Both the position numbers and the translations under genes were made by a program. Positions 28,093-33,925 of a stretch of DNA of 64,000 nucleotides are shown piece by piece. The notes under the pieces were generated by a model. The model worked only from the letters and a program-made list of their open reading frames with translations. It made no database searches and had not been told where the DNA came from. The stretch comes from an uncultured Gemmiger sp. (GTDB lineage Bacteria; Bacillota; Clostridia; Oscillospirales; Ruminococcaceae). The stretch's first letter is position 1, and the number at the start of each line of letters is the position of its first letter. Location: contig CALXBE010000010.1 of assembly GCA_944386495.1 (NCBI GenBank), forward strand, positions 2,822 through 66,821, written 5' to 3'.

Positions 28093-28577
28093 AAGAACAT
28101 ATTCTGGAATGGTTTCGCTCGGACAATCGTGCCGCCTGGGGACTGCTGGCACTGGGAATCCTTGGGATGCTTCTCATTGCGGGAGGAGACCGGACAGGTC
28201 TGGAATCTTCGGAGAAGCCGACAGCTGAGACATATCAGGAAACCTATCGCCAAGAGCTTGAACAACGACTGGAAGGGCTTCTGGGAGAAATCCGTGGTGT
28301 GGGCAGTGTGTCTGTAATGATTACCCTGGAGACCCGGGAGGAAACCATCTACGCCCTGGATACCAAGGAAAGTGATGACAGTCTGGAACAAGAGCATGTT
28401 CTTTTGGCAGGGGATGAACCTTTGGTAGAGACGGTTTGGTATCCTCAGGTACTGGGAGTGGCTGTAGTCTGCCAGGGGGCGGACAACATCGAGGTTTGTT
28501 CCCAGATCACCCAGATTGCCAGTGTCCTGACCGGGGTGACCACCAACCGAATCAGTATTGCAAAAATGTGTGAATAG
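28089..28577 (+). CDS. spoIIIAG: Stage III sporulation protein AG
   Basis: Start at 'MKEHILEW' with an ATGA overlap. The C-terminal segment 'VGSVSVMITLE...GVAVVCQGADN' resembles the ring-forming domain. Confidence 0.8.
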   Translation: MKEHILEWFRSDNRAAWGLLALGILGMLLIAGGDRTGLESSEKPTAETYQETYRQELEQRLEGLLGEIRGVGSVSVMITLETREETIYALDTKESDDSLEQEHVLLAGDEPLVETVWYPQVLGVAVVCQGADNIEVCSQITQIASVLTGVTTNRISIAKMCE

Positions 28578-28592
28578 GGGGATATTGGAACC

Positions 28593-29192
28593 ATGCGAAA
28601 AATAAAACTGAATCAACATCTTACCATGCTCTCACTGACGGTGGCTTTGGGGGCTGCGGTTTACCTGAACTGGGAGTATTCCCAGACCGGGGCAAAGACA
28701 GACCAGGAAGAAGTGGTATCAGCTTCTGCTTCCCAGGCAGTATATGATCCTTTGGAAGGGGAGGCTCTGGAAACAGAGGTGACCGGAGACAAAAACTACG
28801 GGGAAGCCCAGCTGGTCAGTGTAGGGGAAAGCACCGGAGATACCTTCTTTGAGGAGGCGCGGCTGAACCGCACCAAGACCCGGGATGAAGTCCTGGATAC
28901 CCTGAAGCAAAGCCTAAAGAACAGTAAGCTGTCCGATGAGGAGAAGCAGGAGCTGACCAACCAGCTGAACAGCACGCTGGAGAGCATAACGGCGGAATCC
29001 GAGATTGAGACCCTGATCAAGGCAAAAGGGTTTGTAGATAGTGTGGTATTCATTGACGGAAGTAAAGTCCATGTTACAGTGATGACCGAGAACGACGGAT
29101 TGACAAAAGGGGAAGTGGCCCAGATCAGGGACATCATTCTTTCCAAATGTGCCACTACGGCGCAGGACATTACAGTGGTGGAGGTGAAGTAA
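28593..29192 (+). CDS. spoIIIAH: Stage III sporulation protein AH
   Basis: 199 aa with an N-terminal TM helix and a C-terminal 'VFIDGSKVHVTVMTE' YscJ/FliF-like segment. It is the last gene of the operon. Confidence 0.75.
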   Translation: MRKIKLNQHLTMLSLTVALGAAVYLNWEYSQTGAKTDQEEVVSASASQAVYDPLEGEALETEVTGDKNYGEAQLVSVGESTGDTFFEEARLNRTKTRDEVLDTLKQSLKNSKLSDEEKQELTNQLNSTLESITAESEIETLIKAKGFVDSVVFIDGSKVHVTVMTENDGLTKGEVAQIRDIILSKCATTAQDITVVEVK

Positions 29193-29224
29193 CAAAAAAT
29201 ACAGTTTTCCATTCAATTAACTGC

Positions 29225-29264
29225 AGCCCCGAAGACCTTACCCTTAGGCCTTCGGGGCTTTTTG
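29225..29264 (+). terminator. Terminator after the spoIIIA operon
   Basis: Stem AGCCCCGAAG/CTTCGGGGCT followed by TTTTG. Confidence 0.75.
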
Positions 29265-29351
29265 CGGCAATAACTGCCGGGTGTGAGTAGGGTTTACACC
29301 GGCTGGGAAACCTGATAAAATGGACACAGTAACAGGAAGTGAGGCCCTCAT

Positions 29352-30749
29352 ATGGCGGCAAAATTAAAAACCATTTATATATGCAGCGACTGCGGGGAAA
29401 CCAGTCCCCGGTGGATGGGGCGTTGCCCCTCCTGCGGCGCCTGGAACACCATGGTGGAGGATGTGGTGGATACTGCACCGGATAAAGGCAAGGGAGCAAA
29501 AGCCCCTCTGACCGGGCAGCGAAAAACTACTCTGACTCCCAGCCGGCTTTCCGAAATCAGTACAGATGAGGAGAGAAGCCGGATCGTCACCGGGATTGGA
29601 GAACTGGACCGTGTTCTGGGCGGTGGCATTGTTCTGGGCAGTGTTGTCCTTTTGGGTGGCGAACCGGGAATTGGCAAGTCTACCGTCTTGCTTCAGCTCT
29701 GCGGGGCCATCAGCCGTGATAGAAATATGCTGTATGTCACAGGTGAGGAGTCTGTCCGGCAGATCAAGCTGAGAGCGGACCGACTGAAGGTACCTCAGCA
29801 GAATATCATGCTGGTGGCAGAGAATGATATAGAAGAAATCTGCGGACTGATTGAGCAGATGAAGCCGGAACTGGTAGTCATTGATTCTATCCAGACCATG
29901 CGGTGCAATGACCTGAACAGTGCCACTGGGACTGTCTCTCAAATCAAAGAGTGTGCAGCCAGGCTGGTGGCTGTCGCAAAAAGCTACGAGATACCGGTAT
30001 TTATTGTGGGCCATGTGAATAAGGAAGGCGCGCTTGCCGGACCTAAAGTCATGGAGCACATTGTAGACACCGTGTTGTATTTTGAGGGAGATAAAACCCT
30101 GCCGTACCGTGTTCTTCGGGCCGCCAAAAACAGATATGGCTCCACCAACGAGATTGGAATGTTTGATATGACCGGAGACGGTCTCAAGGAAATTGAAAAT
30201 CCCAGCCAGCTGCTGCTGGAGGGACGGCCCCTGGGAATCAGCGGGAACTGCGTGGCCTGCACCATGGAGGGGACCCGTCCCATCCTCAGTGAAGTGCAGG
30301 CTTTGGTCGCCAAGAGCGGGCTCCAGGTTCCTCGCCGCACTGCAAGCGGGTTTGATTATAACCGGATGAATCTTCTTTTGGCGGTTTTGGAAAAGCGGGC
30401 CGGGTACCTCTTTGGCAACCAGGATGTTTATCTGAACATTGTGGGCGGATTGCGGCTTGACGAGACAGCTTGTGATCTGGCTGTCTGTGTGGCTTTGGCT
30501 TCCAGCCTGTTGGATTTGCCGGCAGGGGATAAGACGGTAGCCATTGGAGAGGTTGGTCTGGGAGGAGAAATCCGGACAGTTACTCATCTGGAATCCCGGC
30601 TGCGGGAAGCTCAGCGGATCGGATTTGAAAAAGCAATCATTCCTAAACACAGTATGGCGCAGCTTGACCTTAAACAGTTCAAAGGAATGGAGCTGATTGG
30701 GGTCACATACTTGAGAGAGGCTGTGAACGCCATCAAAATCAAGGAATAA
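29352..30749 (+). CDS. radA: DNA repair protein RadA/Sms
   Basis: Zinc finger 'CSDCGETSPRWMGRCPSCGAWNT', Walker A 'GGEPGIGKST', 'KNRYGSTNEIG', and a Lon-like C-terminal domain. Confidence 0.95.
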   Translation: MAAKLKTIYICSDCGETSPRWMGRCPSCGAWNTMVEDVVDTAPDKGKGAKAPLTGQRKTTLTPSRLSEISTDEERSRIVTGIGELDRVLGGGIVLGSVVLLGGEPGIGKSTVLLQLCGAISRDRNMLYVTGEESVRQIKLRADRLKVPQQNIMLVAENDIEEICGLIEQMKPELVVIDSIQTMRCNDLNSATGTVSQIKECAARLVAVAKSYEIPVFIVGHVNKEGALAGPKVMEHIVDTVLYFEGDKTLPYRVLRAAKNRYGSTNEIGMFDMTGDGLKEIENPSQLLLEGRPLGISGNCVACTMEGTRPILSEVQALVAKSGLQVPRRTASGFDYNRMNLLLAVLEKRAGYLFGNQDVYLNIVGGLRLDETACDLAVCVALASSLLDLPAGDKTVAIGEVGLGGEIRTVTHLESRLREAQRIGFEKAIIPKHSMAQLDLKQFKGMELIGVTYLREAVNAIKIKE

Positions 30750-30754
30750 ATCTG

Positions 30755-30796
30755 TCCCGTCGGCTGCATTGTAAAGTGTGCCGGCGGGATTTATTA
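30755..30796 (+). terminator. Probable terminator after radA
   Basis: Stem TCCCGTCGGC/GCCGGCGGGA (one G-T pair) followed by TTTATT. Confidence 0.55.
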
Positions 30797-30829
30797 TATG
30801 GATATTATAGGGATTCAGCTGAAATTGCC

Positions 30830-30857
30830 TTGACAGATTCCGGGGAAGTACTATAAT
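30830..30857 (+). promoter_or_regulatory. Near-consensus sigma-A promoter directed rightwards
   Basis: TTGACA (30830-30835), 16-nt spacer, TATAAT (30852-30857). Confidence 0.6.
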
Positions 30858-30871
30858 AAAGATATAATCTA

Positions 30872-30884
30872 TTTCGCTAAAGAT
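30872..30884. repeat. Left copy of the 13-bp direct repeat (attL core)
   Basis: TTTCGCTAAAGAT, identical to 33899-33911. Confidence 0.8.
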
Positions 30885-30950
30885 TCACAATTTGGCGAAG
30901 CGTTCTGCTTCGCTAAATTTGTCTTTGGCGACATTGCGGACAGTGAGGAA

Positions 30951-30987
30951 ACCGGCTCCCGGATTACAGGAGCCGGTTCTTTTTATG
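30951..30987 (+). terminator. Rho-independent terminator just inside the element's left end
   Basis: 10-bp stem AACCGGCTCC/GGAGCCGGTT with a 9-nt loop, followed by CTTTTTAT. Confidence 0.7.
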
Positions 30988-31007
30988 CCGGCAGAAAGGG
31001 GACGTTT

Positions 31008-31229
31008 ATGCAAAACTACATGGAGGTAACGGTGCTGAGCACCAGCGCCGAGGTATTCCGGGGACGGGGTGGGGACCCCGACAGGACGATGCACCGATTG
31101 TACATTGCCGGAAGTGATGGGCGTGTGGGCTACCTGTACAGCCAGACCCCCCACGAACCCGGCGCAGTGGTTCGCCTGGGCCTGACGGAGCGGGACGGAA
31201 AGTTGAAACTGCGGGTGCTGAAGGACTGA
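31008..31229 (+). CDS. Hypothetical 73-aa protein of the element
   Basis: ATG lies 7 nt after AAAGGGG. Coding-like composition, with no motif I recognise. Confidence 0.45.
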   Translation: MQNYMEVTVLSTSAEVFRGRGGDPDRTMHRLYIAGSDGRVGYLYSQTPHEPGAVVRLGLTERDGKLKLRVLKD

Positions 31230-31244
31230 GAAAGGGGGGCGACC

Positions 31245-31298
31245 TTGACACTGTGAGAGGGGCTACGCCCTCTCACAGTGTCAAGTGTCAGTGTCAAA
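31245..31298 (+). promoter_or_regulatory. Putative double-strand origin: 17-bp perfect inverted repeat with a 6-nt loop, plus adjacent short direct repeats
   Basis: TTGACACTGTGAGAGGG-gctacg-CCCTCTCACAGTGTCAA (31245-31284) is followed by GTGTCA GTGTCAA, abutting the rep start. The loop contains CTACG. Confidence 0.55.
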
Positions 31299-31967
31299 AT
31301 GGGAAAAATGCGGAACAGGTGGTGCAGTCTGGTCCTATACCCGGAAAGCCAGGCAGAAGCCATCGAAAAGGCCACAACCACCTTCCCCTGCGTGTGGATA
31401 ACCCACGACAAGGATAAGGGGCCGGACGGGGAACTCATGAAGCCCCATGTCCATATCTTGTGTCACTTCGGGAATGCCCGGTACTTCTCCGGGATAGCCA
31501 AAGAGTTGGCGGTCCCGGAGGGGGCGGTCAATCGGGTGGACAACCCGGAAAAGGCGTTTGCCTACCTGACCCACGACAACAACCCGGAAAAGTATCAGTA
31601 CGATAAAGCGGACTTATGTTTCCATGACTTCGCCATGGGGGAAGCGGACCAGGCCGGAGCGGCAGAGGAGGAACAGGTGGTGCAACTGCTGGAAATGCCC
31701 CAGGGCCTCACCAGGAGACAGGCGGCAAGGTGGGCCCTGGAAAATGGGTGCTGGGCGGCATACCGGCGGGGGTACGCAATCTTCCGGGACATCCGGGAGG
31801 AAGAGGCGGCGCTTGGGTCTGCCCGTGCCAGGGCTGAGAGAATCGAAGCCCTAGAACGGGCGGCCCAGTACGAAAAGGAGCACCCGGTTTCTGTTGTGAT
31901 GGGTGGCGCAGTAGGGCGGCTGGTTGCCGCCAGTGAGGGGCAACCCTGGACAGGGCCGGAACACTGA
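31299..31967 (+). CDS. Rolling-circle replication initiator, pMV158 RepB-like (Rep_2, HUH endonuclease)
   Basis: 'LVLYPES', 'ITHDKDK', the HUH motif 'KPHVHIL', the catalytic-Tyr region 'AYLTHD', and 'YQYDKADL'. These follow the order and spacing I recall for pMV158 RepB. Confidence 0.8.
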   Translation: MGKMRNRWCSLVLYPESQAEAIEKATTTFPCVWITHDKDKGPDGELMKPHVHILCHFGNARYFSGIAKELAVPEGAVNRVDNPEKAFAYLTHDNNPEKYQYDKADLCFHDFAMGEADQAGAAEEEQVVQLLEMPQGLTRRQAARWALENGCWAAYRRGYAIFRDIREEEAALGSARARAERIEALERAAQYEKEHPVSVVMGGAVGRLVAASEGQPWTGPEH

Positions 31968-32045
31968 AAAGCCGGGGCCTGTCGCACAATTCCGGCAAGT
32001 TCTGGGAAGGAGTTTACATTTTGTGGAAAGTAAAAGAGGGGCAGA

Positions 32046-32585
32046 ATGGGCCGCAGTAGCTGGGTAAGTGATGATGCTATGGGCCACGTACTGGCGGCAC
32101 TTACGCCGCAGAATCGCCTGGTGATGGAGGTGTGTATCAGCACCGGGCTCCGGGTGGGGGACGTGCTGGCCCTCAAAACAGCGGCCCTCCGGCCCCGGCA
32201 AACCATCCGGGAGCAGAAAACCGGAAAGACCAGGCGGGTCCGGTGGAGAAAGGACCTCTACGAAAGGATGTTGGCGGGGGCCGGGCGGCTGTGGGTGTTT
32301 GAGGGCCGCACCGACTGGAAGAGACACCGCACCCGGCAGGCCGTGTGGAAGGACCTGCGAAGGATTGCCCGGGTATTCCTGCCCGGTGGGAGCATACCCA
32401 GAGGGGCACAGGTCAGCCCGCACAGCGCCCGGAAAATGTACGCCGTGGGGCTCCTCCATCAGACCGGAGACCTGCGGAGGGTCCAGAAGGAACTCAACCA
32501 CGATAGTGAGGCTGTGACATTGCTCTACGCAATGGCGGACCAGATAGGCAGGAAAGGAGGTGGAAAATGTGGGCATATTGGATGA
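32046..32585 (+). CDS. Minimal (179-aa) tyrosine recombinase, catalytic domain only
   Basis: The full R-K-HxxR-H-Y set is present: 'GLRVGDVLAL', 'EQKTGKTRRV', 'PHSARKMYA' and 'LNHDSEAVTLLYA'. There is no room for an N-terminal core-binding domain. Confidence 0.75.
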   Translation: MGRSSWVSDDAMGHVLAALTPQNRLVMEVCISTGLRVGDVLALKTAALRPRQTIREQKTGKTRRVRWRKDLYERMLAGAGRLWVFEGRTDWKRHRTRQAVWKDLRRIARVFLPGGSIPRGAQVSPHSARKMYAVGLLHQTGDLRRVQKELNHDSEAVTLLYAMADQIGRKGGGKCGHIG

Positions 32586-32781
32586 GCTAGATCTGTTGAA
32601 TGTACGCCTGCGACTGGTACGGGCTAAATTGGAGCGTGCCCTTGGAGCTGTCGTTGCCTGGGAAGAGGACTGGCCCAGCACGGAGGCGCTGGATGCACTG
32701 AAACAGGCGAACAAGACCCTCGTGGGGATTGTGTGTCAGGTGGACGAACTGAGGACGGAGGAACGGCTGGGGAGGCGGTGA
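32569..32781 (+). CDS. Hypothetical ~70-aa helical protein (possible directionality factor or regulator)
   Basis: GTG lies 6 nt after AAGGAGGTG and overlaps the recombinase 3' end. Heptad-like 'LDLLNVRLRLVRAKLERAL'. A strong terminator follows. Confidence 0.4.
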   Translation: MGILDELDLLNVRLRLVRAKLERALGAVVAWEEDWPSTEALDALKQANKTLVGIVCQVDELRTEERLGRR

Positions 32782-32801
32782 GCCCCGCTCCCCCTGTTGG
32801 C

Positions 32802-32842
32802 GCCCCCGTATAACAACCAAAGGTTGTTATACGGGGGCTTTT
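32802..32842 (+). terminator. Strong rho-independent terminator ending the element's coding module
   Basis: 17-bp perfect stem GCCCCCGTATAACAACC-aaa-GGTTGTTATACGGGGGC followed by TTTTG. Confidence 0.75.
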
Positions 32843-33800
32843 GCGGCTGTACGGTATAGCGGGCCTGTCGGTGCCTGGGCCCACTGGCCCAGGAGAACAA
32901 GGCAAGAAAGCCCCCCCCCAGCGTACCGCAGTACGCCCGAAAAGCGGAACGCCCCCGCCCCCCTGGGGGGGCGGGGGCTTCCGCTTGGCGGTAGCTGGGG
33001 GGGTATTAAGATAAAGGCCACGAGCCCACAAGCGCCCGGCAAGGCGGGTACCGTGGTACACCCGCCGAGCCGCTGGCGCTGTGAGGCAAGGGCCGAGGGT
33101 GCCGGGCACCGGCGGTGGCGGCCGCCGCAGGACCGGCACCCAACCGACCGACGTTGATACGGCCGGGCACCGGCCGTGCAGGGCGGTCAAGGTGGAGGCC
33201 CCCCAAAGGGGGGCACTACCTTGACTGCCCTGCACGACAGTGCAACCGGCAGACATTCGACCCCCCGGCAAGGCCGGGGGGGAGCGGGGCCGCTTGGCCC
33301 CCAGCGGGCGGCAAACAGAAAGAACAGAATCCGCCCGCTACCTTGTGTGTGTGAGGTCTGGGGCCGCTGGGCCGTCCACGGCCCTTGTGGCCCCAGGACG
33401 AACAGGCACCCAGGGCGGGGCAAGGCGGGAGCCTGACCCCTTGGGGGGGCAGGCTGGGGCCGTCCATGAAGAGATGATGCTGACCAGGCCAGCCGCCGCC
33501 GTAGGGTGGCGGCGGCTGGGCCGCAAAAAGAAAGAGACACCAGCTTCACCGGTGCCTCTTTCTTCAATAGGGGACGTTGCCGCCCCACCATCGGGCCACT
33601 ATCATAATACCACCACCGGCCCAGGCTGTCAACCCCCAATTTTGCACTGCCTACCCGTAGGCGTTACCACCCCACCGGAGGGCCGCCCCCCTCCCACGGG
33701 AGGGGCGGGGGGGTGGGCTCACCCTTCGCACCGCCTACCCGTTGCCCCTGGGCCTGACCTCTGGGCGGGGCCGGTCACCGGGTAGCTTGACCGGCCCCTC
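32843..33800. other. ~1-kb G+C-rich non-coding region made of many nested perfect or near-perfect hairpins (candidate large structured RNA or oversized single-strand origin)
   Basis: No credible ORF; the only ORFs are Pro/Gly/Arg/Ala-rich and overlap on both strands. At least 12 stems of 6-20 bp were found by eye, several enclosed by longer-range pairings. Strand undetermined. Confidence 0.4.
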
Positions 33801-33897
33801 ATGGACTTTTGATGACGTCAACTGGAGATTTGTTTCACAAAGGCTCCCGCCAGTTGACGGGGAGAATTGGAGGTGATACCATAGAGCCATGGGAGCC

Positions 33898-33925
33898 GTT
33901 TCGCTAAAGATAAGTTTAGCGAAAT
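33898..33925. promoter_or_regulatory. 28-bp palindromic recombinase-type site (11-6-11) upstream of the xer-like gene
   Basis: gTTTCGCTAAA-GATAAG-TTTAGCGAAAT. With the left flank restored the arms become perfectly symmetric (ATTTCGCTAAA / TTTAGCGAAAT). Confidence 0.5.
33899..33911. repeat. Right copy of the 13-bp direct repeat (attR core)
   Basis: TTTCGCTAAAGAT, identical to 30872-30884. Confidence 0.8.

Larger units (their letters stand above)
30872..33911 (+). mobile_element. Integrated ~3.0-kb G+C-rich rolling-circle replicon / integrative element (orf73, RepB, minimal tyrosine recombinase, orf70, ~1 kb structured non-coding region)
   Basis: 13-bp direct repeats TTTCGCTAAAGAT lie at both ends, 3,027 bp apart. 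Composition shifts abruptly. Rep and recombinase genes are present. Joining the outer flanks restores a perfect 28-bp palindrome. Confidence 0.7.

Noticed and set aside
30750-30900. tRNA or tmRNA gene as the integration target of the 3-kb element
   Set aside because: No cloverleaf-capable sequence or tRNA-like conserved boxes occur near either junction. The target is the 28-bp palindrome in an intergenic promoter-leader region.
32624-33785. Listed ORFs inside the G+C-rich block (32624-33271 minus strand, 33187-33639 minus strand, 33240-33785 plus strand, and others) as possible protein genes
   Set aside because: Their translations are Pro/Gly/Arg/Ala-rich low-complexity strings. They overlap each other in several frames on both strands and have no RBS. 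They are what any roughly 70% G+C palindromic DNA produces, and the hairpin structure explains the sequence better than coding does.
32843-33800. CRISPR array, suggested by recurring C6-loop-G6 palindromes
   Set aside because: The palindromes differ in sequence and length, and their spacing is irregular. There is no repeat-spacer periodicity and no cas gene in the window.
30872-33911. The element as a prophage or phage satellite
   Set aside because: There are no capsid, portal, terminase, lysis or packaging genes. With only about 2 kb of coding capacity, its Rep and origin architecture is plasmid-like. An ssDNA-virus relationship cannot be excluded, but nothing visible here supports it.
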